A stretch of 64,000 nt of DNA from Patescibacteria group bacterium. GTDB lineage: Bacteria; Patescibacteriota; Patescibacteriia; Buchananbacterales; UBA6539. Both the position numbers and the translations under genes were made by a program. This document shows positions 32,104-41,215 of this stretch, in pieces (the first letter of the stretch is position 1; each line of letters opens with the position of its first letter). The DNA is taken from positions 66,752 to 130,751 of the forward strand of contig JAQTYZ010000003.1 in NCBI GenBank assembly GCA_028688055.1, read 5' to 3'. The notes beneath the pieces are model-generated. The model searched no databases. It was not told the origin of the DNA and worked only from the letters and a program-made list of their open reading frames with translations.

Positions 32104-32396
32104 TCCGAGGTAGCTCAATGGTAGAGCAGCGGACTGTAGAATGATGCAGCCCCTAGGAGAAATCCTAAGGTGAAAATTTCGGGATAACGGTGAAGGCTAC
32201 GTTCGTCAGTTGACGGATATGCGAACACCGTGGGAACTCTGATCCGCCAGATGGCAGATCGGGGAGCGCCGTAGAGACTAGATACCGAAACACCTACATC
32301 CAAAATTGGATACGGTGATGATATAGTCCATCCCCCAACGAAAGTTGAGGACAAGATGTAATCCGTTGGTTCCGGGTCCGAGTCCCGGCCTCGGAG
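32104..32396 (+). tRNA. tRNA-Asn (GTT) interrupted by a 221-nt group I intron (32138-32358) in the anticodon loop
   Basis: Exons rebuild the same scaffold as the 31807 gene with anticodon loop CUGU|UAA; intron follows a U, ends with G, and carries R-like AGAGACTAGA and S-like GATATAGTCC (P7 pairing) plus a GAAA-capped P9. Confidence 0.7.
32138..32358 (+). other. Group I self-splicing intron (no ORF)
   Basis: P1 CUGU/GCAG with U.G at the 5' splice site, conserved R/S elements, omega-G at 32358. Confidence 0.7.
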
Positions 32397-32460
32397 CAGA
32401 TGACTTTTTGAAAAGAATTTTGAATAAAATAAGGCCAATCAGGTAGGTATACCGACGGCT

Positions 32461-33750
32461 TTATTTTACTAGAGAGACCTTTTGGTTTTTAAGATAGAGT
32501 TCAGTTTTTAAACAAGCCAATATCTCCCGCTTCTCATCGCGAGTTCCTTCGGCTAGTAAGTATTTAACGTATTCCTTGATGTCCACTTCGGACATTTTTA
32601 TTTCATCTCGGTTATTACCCTTGGAAATTAGCGTATTAAATTTTTGGTAACGCTCCATTTCCTGCTGCATTTTTTTCAGCGTACCCAACTTATCCAGTTC
32701 AATCTGATCAATTATTTTGAGCAACTCCTCGATTAATGTTTCTTCTCTGACGTACGCTTCTTTGCAATTGTAATCTTTGAATCGGTTACAGTGGTAGTAG
32801 ACGTAGCGTTTTATTGAACCATCATGTTTGATCTTTTTGAATTTATCTTCGGCTGTGACCCCTGATCCGCATGAACCACACTTAATCATGTTGGCGAAGT
32901 CAAATTCTTTGGTACCAGGTTTTAATTTCGGTGCTACCTCGAGATGTATCTTGACTTCGTTAAATAGATCTTTACTGATTAATGCCTGATGCGAACCTTT
33001 GTAGAATATTCCTGAACCCACCGGATACTCAAACTCGCCGTAATAGAAATGATTTTTGAGCATATTGTAAATACTACTCAATGCTATTTTCTTTCCGCTC
33101 CTCGTCCTAAATCCGATTTCATTCATCCATCGCTTGAGTGCCCGACCACTGTATCCTTGGTAGGCAACCTTTTCAAACATTTGAGTGATTACCGGCGCTC
33201 GCTTTGGATCAAGATATACTTTCCGCTGACCCTTCGTTTCGCCAATTCCGTGGAGGTAACCAATCGGAGGATAGCCTGGTCGCCAGCCCTGTTCACATTT
33301 GGCGCGAAGCCCTCGTTTAACATTCACTCCCTTGGCATCGTTTTCTAGTTTGGCAGTACTACCTAGGATCATCAACAAGAATTTTTCGTTCGGTGAATTA
33401 CCAAAGGTTTGTCCGTAGGTTTTTATCTGCTTCAAGATTCCCTGATCCATAAAATCAATGAGCTTGCCAAGGTCACCGGCGTTTCTGCTCAACCTATCAG
33501 GTGCCCAAGTTAAAATGGCGTTGTATTTTTCAGTTCGCAATGCCTCAACCATTTTATTAAATACCGGTCGTTTACCCGAATCTTTAGCTGAATGAGACTC
33601 CTCAAATGTCTCAAGGATTTCAATATTTTCTCGTTTGGCCACTACCGCCATTTCTTTATTCTGTGTTGGGATAGAAAGCTGTTGGAGTTCGTCAGACTCC
33701 GTGCTTTTCCGGCTATAGAGGCAATACCTCAAATTTTGTTCTAAGTCCAT
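32461..33750 (-). CDS. Large serine recombinase (resolvase-domain integrase)
   Basis: YSRKSTESDELQ catalytic Ser motif, DRLSRN, recombinase domain, zinc ribbon CGSCGS...YYHC, coiled-coil tail; adjacent to tRNA genes. Confidence 0.85.
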   Translation of the reverse strand: MDLEQNLRYCLYSRKSTESDELQQLSIPTQNKEMAVVAKRENIEILETFEESHSAKDSGKRPVFNKMVEALRTEKYNAILTWAPDRLSRNAGDLGKLIDFMDQGILKQIKTYGQTFGNSPNEKFLLMILGSTAKLENDAKGVNVKRGLRAKCEQGWRPGYPPIGYLHGIGETKGQRKVYLDPKRAPVITQMFEKVAYQGYSGRALKRWMNEIGFRTRSGKKIALSSIYNMLKNHFYYGEFEYPVGSGIFYKGSHQALISKDLFNEVKIHLEVAPKLKPGTKEFDFANMIKCGSCGSGVTAEDKFKKIKHDGSIKRYVYYHCNRFKDYNCKEAYVREETLIEELLKIIDQIELDKLGTLKKMQQEMERYQKFNTLISKGNNRDEIKMSEVDIKEYVKYLLAEGTRDEKREILACLKTELYLKNQKVSLVK

Positions 33751-34035
33751 ATTATTGATGGTTATTACTTATCAACTACATGGATGACGCACCGGTGGCT
33801 GGGTGTCCAGTTCCCATTGTAGGTAAACTGTAGGTAACTTAAAATCGATATTTTGGCTTTACTTTGGTTAATTTTTTTGGTATTTTATATGTAGTGAATC
33901 TGATTAATACTTGTTGAATAATTAGGCGCAACATAACTTATTTGCCTATAGGTTTTGCGCTGTTAATGAATAGATCAGTAAAAGCCCTTCTTATGATTAC
34001 GATTTTGAAGTTAAAATCGGAAAACAAAAAATAAT

Positions 34036-34950
34036 GTGGCATTATTTAAAATAATCGGCTCAACCGTAAAAAAAATCACCGCAAAAGAGCTTGACTTGGA
34101 GAAAAACCTGCAGACGCTTTTTGAAAATAATCTGGAGGAGTTATTGAACATTTTTTTTCTATCTCATGAGCATTCAACTGGCTTCGGTGGTAGAATTGAC
34201 ACACTCGGCATAGACAAGGATGGTGCGCCCTGCATTATTGAATACAAAAAAAATCAGAACAACAATGTTATCAATCAGGGACTTGCTTACCTTTATTGGC
34301 TGTTAGATCACAAAGCCGATTTTGAGAAAATTTGTCGGAATAATAAAATTGGTATCGAAATCGATTGGGATTCTCCCCGAGTTATTTGCGTAGCTGAAAG
34401 ATACAACAATTTTGATCTGGATACGGTCAACGTTTTGCCGATTAATGTTGAGCTTTGGCGCTACCGTATTTACGACGAAAATATTCTCTTTTTAGAGCCG
34501 GAGAATTTCCAGAAAGTTCGAATATCTACGGCCAGTATTATGCGGAAGACGAAGTATGATAGGGAAAAGCAGGAAATTATCCAAAAAAATTATTCGGTGG
34601 GAGAGCATCTTGCAAAAGCAGGTGAAGACATTAAATCGCTGTTTTTGAAGTTGCGCGAGAAAATAATCTCACTCGACACCGAGATTAAAGAAGATCCACA
34701 AAAAAACTACGTGGCTTATAAGTTATCAACGAATTTTGCGGACGTGGAAATCTACCGCAATCAACTTAAAATTTTCCTGAATGTAAAAAGCGGCCAGCTT
34801 AATAATCCTGATTCCATTGCCCGTGATATGGAAAATCCAAGGCACATCGGTCACCACGGCAATGGCGACTATGAATTAAAGCTGGAAAGCGATGAAGATA
34901 TGGATAAGGTGTTTTCACTTATCAAGCAAAGCTACGATCTGAATAAATAA
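34036..34950 (+). CDS. PD-(D/E)xK nuclease-superfamily protein (NucS/DUF91-like core), candidate restriction endonuclease (GTG start)
   Basis: GRIDTLGIDKDGAPCIIEYKK (D...ExK); directly upstream of an EcoRI-family MTase. Confidence 0.45.
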   Translation: MALFKIIGSTVKKITAKELDLEKNLQTLFENNLEELLNIFFLSHEHSTGFGGRIDTLGIDKDGAPCIIEYKKNQNNNVINQGLAYLYWLLDHKADFEKICRNNKIGIEIDWDSPRVICVAERYNNFDLDTVNVLPINVELWRYRIYDENILFLEPENFQKVRISTASIMRKTKYDREKQEIIQKNYSVGEHLAKAGEDIKSLFLKLREKIISLDTEIKEDPQKNYVAYKLSTNFADVEIYRNQLKIFLNVKSGQLNNPDSIARDMENPRHIGHHGNGDYELKLESDEDMDKVFSLIKQSYDLNK

Positions 34951-34954
34951 TATT

Positions 34955-36025
34955 ATGAGTACTCGATCACTAAATAGAAGTCTTCATAAGGCAAGCCAGG
35001 CAAAAAATGATGAGTTTTATACTCAGCTTGGCGATATTGCTAATGAGCTCCGGCATTACCGAGACCAGCTTAGCGGCAAGGTGATTCTTTGTAATTGCGA
35101 TGATCCATTTGAGAGCAACTTTTTCAAATATTTTGCAGCTAATTTCAACACGCTTGGGCTCAAGAAGCTCATCGCCACTAGTTATCAGAAGTCGCCGATT
35201 GTCGGCGGACAACTATCGCTTCTTGATATTGAAGGGCTCAAGCCGGAAGGGAGAGAACCGTATGTGGTGGAGATCAACGAAGTGCCGGATATGAATAGCG
35301 ACGGAGCGATAAGTTTGGATGATGTAGAGCATCTGCTTAAGCACAATAAAAATATCGCGATGCCGCTTAAAGGTGGCGGTGATTTTCGAAGTAAAGAATG
35401 TATTGAGCTTCTTAAAAAAGCCGATATTGTCGTCACCAATCCACCGTTCTCGCTCTTTCGGGAATATGTCGCACAGTTAATTGAGCATAACAAAAAATTT
35501 CTTATAATCGGCAGCAAAAACGCTATCACATACAAGGAAATTTTTAAGCTCATAAAAGAAAACAAATTGTGGCTTGGATATGGCTTTGCGGCCGGAAACG
35601 CATTTTTCAAAATTCCGGCAGAGAAAGCGCGCGAATTTGCGGCTGGTGTATATGATTCAAAAACTGGCCTTGTAAAGTTTCGTAATGTTGGATGGTTCAC
35701 CAACCTTTATGTTGATAAATCCGAAGATCCGATCACGCCCTATCTCACCTATGAGCAGGGACGCAAGAAAGGGCTTTATCCGAAATATGACAACTATGAC
35801 GCTATTGAAGTTTCGAAAGTCGCAGAAATTCCAAGTGATTACAAAGGCGTTATGGGCGTGCCTATAACGTTCTTAGACAAATGGGCACCCGAAAGCGGCA
35901 TAGAGATAGTCAAATTCAGAAAAGGCGATGATGATAAAGACCTAGCGTTTACGAGAGAGAGAGAGAGAGTACAACCGTACTTCAGAATACTCATTCGCTA
36001 TCGTCGGGCAAACAGGAGTCATTGA
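34955..36025 (+). CDS. EcoRI-family N6-adenine DNA methyltransferase
   Basis: N-terminal LHKA..NDEFYTQ and ILCNCDDPFESNFFKYFAANF are characteristic of the M.EcoRI family (from memory of the family); NPPF motif IV; (GA)8 tract 57 nt before the stop. Confidence 0.65.
   Translation: MSTRSLNRSLHKASQAKNDEFYTQLGDIANELRHYRDQLSGKVILCNCDDPFESNFFKYFAANFNTLGLKKLIATSYQKSPIVGGQLSLLDIEGLKPEGREPYVVEINEVPDMNSDGAISLDDVEHLLKHNKNIAMPLKGGGDFRSKECIELLKKADIVVTNPPFSLFREYVAQLIEHNKKFLIIGSKNAITYKEIFKLIKENKLWLGYGFAAGNAFFKIPAEKAREFAAGVYDSKTGLVKFRNVGWFTNLYVDKSEDPITPYLTYEQGRKKGLYPKYDNYDAIEVSKVAEIPSDYKGVMGVPITFLDKWAPESGIEIVKFRKGDDDKDLAFTRERERVQPYFRILIRYRRANRSH
35953..35969 (+). repeat. (GA)8 microsatellite inside the MTase 3' coding region
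   Basis: CGAGAGAGAGAGAGAGAGTAC; a +/-2 nt change switches to an alternative, longer C-terminus. Confidence 0.9.
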
Positions 36026-36229
36026 GCCAGATGGAATCTGTATTGAGTACAAGGCGGGCAGGCCGTACATTAAGGGACAAAGGAAGTATGCGAGATTATT
36101 TATTAAGCAAAAACAAATTTGAAATCCTTGGCATCGCAAACTCTGCGCGATGGATAGGATACAAATTATATACGATTATAGATGGCCGAAAAATTTACAA
36201 TAGGATTATAATTAGACGAAGATAATAAT

Positions 36230-37327
36230 ATGAATATAGAACTCAAAAATATCAAAATACGCGACGTAGTGAAGGGCTACAAAGACAGTGGCGAGAGCGG
36301 CGTGGTTGGTTACGGCGGCAAACTAAACATTCGTCCGGCGTTTCAGCGCGAGTTTATTTACGGCCAGAAAGAGCGCGACGCTGTTATAAGGACAGTACGG
36401 TCTAGCTTCCCGCTCAACACAATGTATTGGTCGGTGGACAGAGACGGCGGCTTTGAACTCATGGATGGACAACAGCGCACCATTTCTATTTGCCAATATG
36501 TCACCGAGATTATCCCAATAAAGTTTGATGACGGCTACGAACTGGCATTTAACAATTTGACCACCGATCAGCAAGAGAAGATTTTGAATTATGACCTCTC
36601 CGTCTATATCTGCGAAGGAACGGAAAGCGAAAAACTTGCATGGTTTCGGACGATCAATATCGCAGGCAAGCCATTAACCGATCAGGAACTCTTAAACGCC
36701 ATGCACACTGGGCCGTGGCTTGCCGATGCCAAACGCTGGTTTAGCAAGACAGGCGGACCGGCGTATCAGATTGGCGAAAATTATGTAAACGGCTCGCCGA
36801 TTCGCCAAGATTATCTGGAAAAGGCGCTTGACTGGATTTCGGATGGAAAGATTGAGAATTATATGAGCCGCCACCAGCAAGACAAAGACGCGCAGGAATT
36901 GTGGCAGTATTTTCAAGAAGTCGTAGCATGGGTTGAGCGCGTATTCCCCGAGTATCGAAAAATTATGAAGGGCTTAGAATGGGGGCGATTTTACAATGAG
37001 CACAAGGGCGATAAATTAAATGCGGCAAGCTTGGAAAAACGAATTGCGGGATTGATTGAAGATGACGAAGTAGATAATAAGAAAGGTATTTATGAATATC
37101 TTTTGACCGGAAACGAGAAGACGCTCAATCTGCGCGCCTTTGATGAAAAGACGAAAGTTAAACAGTACGAGAAACAGAAAGGAATTTGCCCGACATGTAA
37201 GAAACATTTTGAAATTGATGAAATGGAAGCTGATCACATTGTTCCATGGAATCAAGGTGGAAAAACAATGGAGAAAAATTGCCAGATGCTGTGCAAACAG
37301 GACAATAGGACTAAGTCTGGGAAATAA
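36230..37327 (+). CDS. DUF262 (ParB-like NTPase) - HNH nuclease fusion, GmrSD-like type IV restriction candidate
   Basis: RPAFQREFIY and DGQQRTISI (DUF262 signatures); C-terminal HNH DHIVPWNQGG...C..C..DN. Confidence 0.7.
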   Translation: MNIELKNIKIRDVVKGYKDSGESGVVGYGGKLNIRPAFQREFIYGQKERDAVIRTVRSSFPLNTMYWSVDRDGGFELMDGQQRTISICQYVTEIIPIKFDDGYELAFNNLTTDQQEKILNYDLSVYICEGTESEKLAWFRTINIAGKPLTDQELLNAMHTGPWLADAKRWFSKTGGPAYQIGENYVNGSPIRQDYLEKALDWISDGKIENYMSRHQQDKDAQELWQYFQEVVAWVERVFPEYRKIMKGLEWGRFYNEHKGDKLNAASLEKRIAGLIEDDEVDNKKGIYEYLLTGNEKTLNLRAFDEKTKVKQYEKQKGICPTCKKHFEIDEMEADHIVPWNQGGKTMEKNCQMLCKQDNRTKSGK

Positions 37328-37330
37328 AAA

Positions 37331-38698
37331 ATGAGTATGAACATGGAAAATTCAAAATGGAAAAAGAAAGATATCGCTATTAAAGACCTTTTGCTGTGGG
37401 ATGAAAACGCGCGTTTTTCTGATCAGTATTTTGACCTCTCGGAAGAAGACCTGTTGAAACATTTCTTAATAAGTAAATTTCAGCTACTTAAACTTGCTGG
37501 CGAGATGGAAAAAGATGCCGACCTTCCTCAGTTGGAAAAAATTGTTGTCTGGCGTTCCAATGATCGTAATATAATTCTTGAGGGCAATAGACGAATCGCC
37601 GCATATAAATTACTGGCAAATCCGAAATTGGCCGGTGTTCAAGAAAGTAAATTTTCAAAAATTGGGTCAAAGGTTGGGATTTCCGAAGACTTCGAAGTTG
37701 AATGTCTTGTCACTGAAGATTTGGAACAAGGTTACCGATTTATCGAGAGAAAGCACCTTAATCAAAACAACGAAGTTTCTTGGGGTTCAAATGAGATCGC
37801 CCATCATAAAGATCGCCGAGGAAAGGCCGGTGAAAAAGAACTAATAAGAGTCGGTATTACGAAAGTTGTTAATGACCTCGAAATGGCAAACGAGTTAAAG
37901 GAAGCCGTCTTGGGACCGGGATATGTAACTACTTTTTGGAGACTGACCGGACAAACACCCGCCCAGCAGTATTTTGGCTTCTCTTTCGGTGATGATAAAA
38001 AGTTGAAAATAAAAGATGGTGACTTCGATAAAAAACTGAAAGTTATTGTCTGGGATGTACTCAAAAACGGCCAGTATAAGGGAAAGTTGTTTTCTCGTTT
38101 AAATAATGCGGAAATATCGGATTATTTGAAAAATATTTCTGATAAAGATTACAATCGAGCATCGCAAGAGATAGAAGAGGCAGAAAACAATAAACAGAGT
38201 GATCTTTTCGGGAAAGCGAGCGTTGCTACGAACTACAATTTTAGGATACGAAAAACTCCGGTTACTAAAACTGGAAACGACCTTTTCGGCAGGACTTTAG
38301 CTTTACAGTCCGGCCATGTAAATGATTTATATCGCGCCCTTGCAGATATTGATAAAAAAAATCAAGGTAACGATGCGGTTTTGCCGTTTTTGGGTATGGC
38401 CCTGCGTCTTTTAGTAGAAGTTGCCGCTCGCGTGCATTATGACAATAATGGCGACAAAGAAAAAGCTAAAAAGGATCAAATTTGCGAGATATTTTTGAAA
38501 GAAGCGAAGAAGAAACTAAATCAGCATCGAAAAAATGATATTTCCCTTACTAATGATTGGCTTTCAGATAAAAGAAATCTTAGTGCTATTTTGGACAAGT
38601 ATGCTCATGGCCAAATTGTTTGTAAACGTGCCGATGTATTAAAAGATTCATACATTGTCGCTGATATTTTAGATTTCTACTTCGAAAAGAAGTCTTAA
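37331..38698 (+). CDS. ParB-like nuclease-domain protein, function unknown
   Basis: LLLWDENARF and ILEGNRRIAAYKLL resemble the ParB/Srx N-terminal domain. Confidence 0.45.
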   Translation: MSMNMENSKWKKKDIAIKDLLLWDENARFSDQYFDLSEEDLLKHFLISKFQLLKLAGEMEKDADLPQLEKIVVWRSNDRNIILEGNRRIAAYKLLANPKLAGVQESKFSKIGSKVGISEDFEVECLVTEDLEQGYRFIERKHLNQNNEVSWGSNEIAHHKDRRGKAGEKELIRVGITKVVNDLEMANELKEAVLGPGYVTTFWRLTGQTPAQQYFGFSFGDDKKLKIKDGDFDKKLKVIVWDVLKNGQYKGKLFSRLNNAEISDYLKNISDKDYNRASQEIEEAENNKQSDLFGKASVATNYNFRIRKTPVTKTGNDLFGRTLALQSGHVNDLYRALADIDKKNQGNDAVLPFLGMALRLLVEVAARVHYDNNGDKEKAKKDQICEIFLKEAKKKLNQHRKNDISLTNDWLSDKRNLSAILDKYAHGQIVCKRADVLKDSYIVADILDFYFEKKS

Positions 38699-38703
38699 TT
38701 TAT

Positions 38704-39552
38704 ATGCAAAAGATACCACGAAAAAGAAACCAAAAATTACACTGTAGCCCGTTAAGATATCCCGGAGGGAAGACTTTTTTATTTCCTTTCTTTGATAATG
38801 TCATAAAGGATAACGGATTGGAAAAGGTTACCTATGTCGAACCGTTCGCCGGTGGTGCCGGTGCGGCACTGGTTTTGCTACTATCCGGGAAAGTTGATCG
38901 CATTGTGATTAATGACTTGGATAAAGCTATCTATGCTTTTTGGAAATCGTCTATATTTAATCCCGACAAATTTATAAAAAAGATAAAATCAACCCCGGTA
39001 ACCATTAATGAATGGAAAAAGCAAAAGGCGATTTATAATAACCCGAAGGCTAGTCTCTTTGATCTCGGTTTTGCCACTTTTTTTCTCAATAGAACTAATA
39101 CGTCCGGCATTTTGGACGGCGGACCTATTGGAGGATTAAGACAAAAAGGTAAATACAAAATCGATGCCAGATTTAACAAGGACACTTTGATAGAACGAAT
39201 ACAGCGGATAGCCACACATAAAAAGAAAATATCAGTTTTTAATAAGGACGGACTTAGGTTGATTGGTGAGTATTTAAATAAAAAGAATACATTTATATAT
39301 CTTGACCCACCTTATTTTGAAAAAGGCGCAACACTTTATCTAAACCACTATAAAAAAGAAAATCACGAGGCTCTGGCTAAAAAGCTAAACGATAACCCTG
39401 ATGCCTTTTGGCTGTTAACGTATGATAACAAAAAAGAAATTAAGTCACTTTATTCGAACAGACATATCATCAACTTTTCGCTGAATTACAATGCCTACAA
39501 ATCCCGCAATGGTAGAGAAGTTATGATTATGTCAGATGCGCTCATAAGGTAA
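38704..39552 (+). CDS. Dam-family (D12 class) N6-adenine DNA methyltransferase
   Basis: LRYPGGKTFL SAM-binding N-terminus, DPPY catalytic motif (YLDPPYF). Confidence 0.8.
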   Translation: MQKIPRKRNQKLHCSPLRYPGGKTFLFPFFDNVIKDNGLEKVTYVEPFAGGAGAALVLLLSGKVDRIVINDLDKAIYAFWKSSIFNPDKFIKKIKSTPVTINEWKKQKAIYNNPKASLFDLGFATFFLNRTNTSGILDGGPIGGLRQKGKYKIDARFNKDTLIERIQRIATHKKKISVFNKDGLRLIGEYLNKKNTFIYLDPPYFEKGATLYLNHYKKENHEALAKKLNDNPDAFWLLTYDNKKEIKSLYSNRHIINFSLNYNAYKSRNGREVMIMSDALIR

Positions 39553-39603
39553 AGCAGGTAGACAAACTGTAGATAACCTAAAAGCTCAAAATATGCTAGA
39601 ATA

Positions 39604-39632
39604 TTGACAATATTACGATATTGTGGTATTGT
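39604..39632 (+). promoter_or_regulatory. Sigma-70-like promoter for the DGR target gene
   Basis: TTGACA, 17-nt spacer, TGgTATTGT extended -10. Confidence 0.45.
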
Positions 39633-39719
39633 AATATATCCGATTACCAACGTGGTAAAAGGTCCCCAGCCTCGGGGAGAGGCAGATACCAACTGGCCAT
39701 CGGCTAGGAGGATAGGAAA

Positions 39720-40685
39720 ATGATGTGTACTTTGACGGGAGTTTCCGACCTTGACGAGTTGTCTCATGCCCATTGGAAGGCGTTAGCCAACAAATGCGGC
39801 GGTCTGGAAAATGTTATTGCCGTCCTGCAAGGAGAGCAAGAGATTACCCTCCGGGAAATCATCAAGCTCCTCATTGACCGGAACGGTCGTGGCATCCCCG
39901 ACAAGTCGGTGGTGAAGTCGAATGTGTGCGACGCAAACCGCGCATACTACTTTGACCGCCTGCCGGACGATTACGACTTTGCCGCCATGCTGTCATTGTG
40001 GCAGGAGCGCTTCAAGCAGAATCCGGGCATGGATGCCAAGGAATTCCGCGAGCGTATCGCTGGCATCCGGGGAATGATTGCGGCTAACCGCCAGATCAGA
40101 AATCTGGACACACCAAACGCCGCGCCGTGGTTCCCGCTTATCCTGCCGCAGATTCCGTTGCAAAAGCCCGAAGGCGACGAAGCAGTCGAGGCCAAACAAA
40201 TGGACTACGGCACATTGCTCGAAGACACCTTGTTGCCCGCCGTCGAGGCGAGTTACATTGCGGCCTACCCCCAGCGGCAGTTTATCAACTACCGCAAGGG
40301 TGAGCTGTCAGGACAGGTGACGATCGTCGAGGAACGTCACGCCAAGCTCTACCAAGACTTGGCCAACGGTCCGATTATCGGGATTTTGTTCCCGACAGCG
40401 TTGCACGGCTTCAGCCCGTTTGCCCAGCGCGAGATGATCACCCTTATGCCAGAGCACTGCTCACTTGAGGGACCGATGGACATGGGTGTCGCCGAAACGC
40501 TGTACACACGGCAACTGTCGCGTGACAACAACACGCCCGTGAAAGACTGCTCTGCAGTCCAATGGCGGGACCCCGAGTACTCGCTGTACTTCAACGCCGA
40601 CGACGACGAGCTCGGGTTCGACTACGGGGACGACCTCGGCCTTGCGTACGGCGGCTCTGCGGGTGGGGTGTTCTTCCGCGGGTAG
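39720..40685 (+). CDS. DGR target (variable) protein; the C-terminal 40 codons form the variable repeat
   Basis: GC-rich ORF whose 3' 120 nt (40563-40682) is an A-mismatch-only copy of the TR at 41050; RBS GGAGGA. Confidence 0.75.
   Translation: MMCTLTGVSDLDELSHAHWKALANKCGGLENVIAVLQGEQEITLREIIKLLIDRNGRGIPDKSVVKSNVCDANRAYYFDRLPDDYDFAAMLSLWQERFKQNPGMDAKEFRERIAGIRGMIAANRQIRNLDTPNAAPWFPLILPQIPLQKPEGDEAVEAKQMDYGTLLEDTLLPAVEASYIAAYPQRQFINYRKGELSGQVTIVEERHAKLYQDLANGPIIGILFPTALHGFSPFAQREMITLMPEHCSLEGPMDMGVAETLYTRQLSRDNNTPVKDCSAVQWRDPEYSLYFNADDDELGFDYGDDLGLAYGGSAGGVFFRG
40563..40682 (+). repeat. DGR variable repeat (VR)
   Basis: 120 nt aligned to TR with 16 substitutions, every one at a TR adenine. 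Confidence 0.85.
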
Positions 40686-40756
40686 TGAATTGGTCTTTGA
40701 CCTTTGGTACCTTGATACTTTTGGTGCCTTGGTCAGATCACGCTACTTATTTAATC

Positions 40757-40799
40757 GAGAGGGTTCAAAGCTTCGGCTGCGAACCCTCTCTTCTTTTTG
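40757..40799 (+). terminator. Rho-independent terminator after the DGR target gene
   Basis: GAGAGGGTTC..(UUCG mini-loop)..GAACCCTCTC plus T-run. Confidence 0.6.
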
Positions 40800-41049
40800 T
40801 AAAATTTGGTATAGTACAATATGAAAGTAGGCAGTGCGTCTTGGTTTACGGATCAAGGCCGTCGAAATCCTTTGTTTCTGCAAAGTGCCAGAATTTGATA
40901 GCTCATGGGTTATCAGAGCGTGCATCCTAAGAAATAAAGACACTACGTGTTTTTCTCTAGTGCCTAGTATGGGCCAAATAAAATTCAGAAGATGGCTCAC
41001 GAGTGAGACAGAGTCGCTTCGGTGCTTTGGATGGAGAACAACACTTTTC

Positions 41050-41169
41050 TGGCAGGACCCCGAGTACTCGCTGTACTTCAACGCCAACGACGACAAGCTC
41101 AAGTTCGACAACAGGAACAACCTCGGCAATGCGAACGACAACTATGCGGGTGGGGTGTTCTTCCGCGGG
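41050..41169 (+). repeat. DGR template repeat (TR), rich in AAC codons
   Basis: TR-only adenines at all 16 VR/TR differences (AAC to GAC/TAC/GGC etc.); shared GC-rich 3' end GCGGGTGGGGTGTTCTTCCGCGGG (IMH-like). Confidence 0.85.
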
Positions 41170-41187
41170 CAGTGTCTTTACTTCAAG

Positions 41188-41210
41188 GAGACCTCCGTAT
41201 CGGAGGTCTC
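41188..41210. other. Perfect 10-bp hairpin GAGACCTCCG-TAT-CGGAGGTCTC directly 3' of TR
   Basis: Seen in sequence; may act as a DGR RNA structural element or as the avd terminator. Confidence 0.6.
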
Positions 41211-41215
41211 TTATG

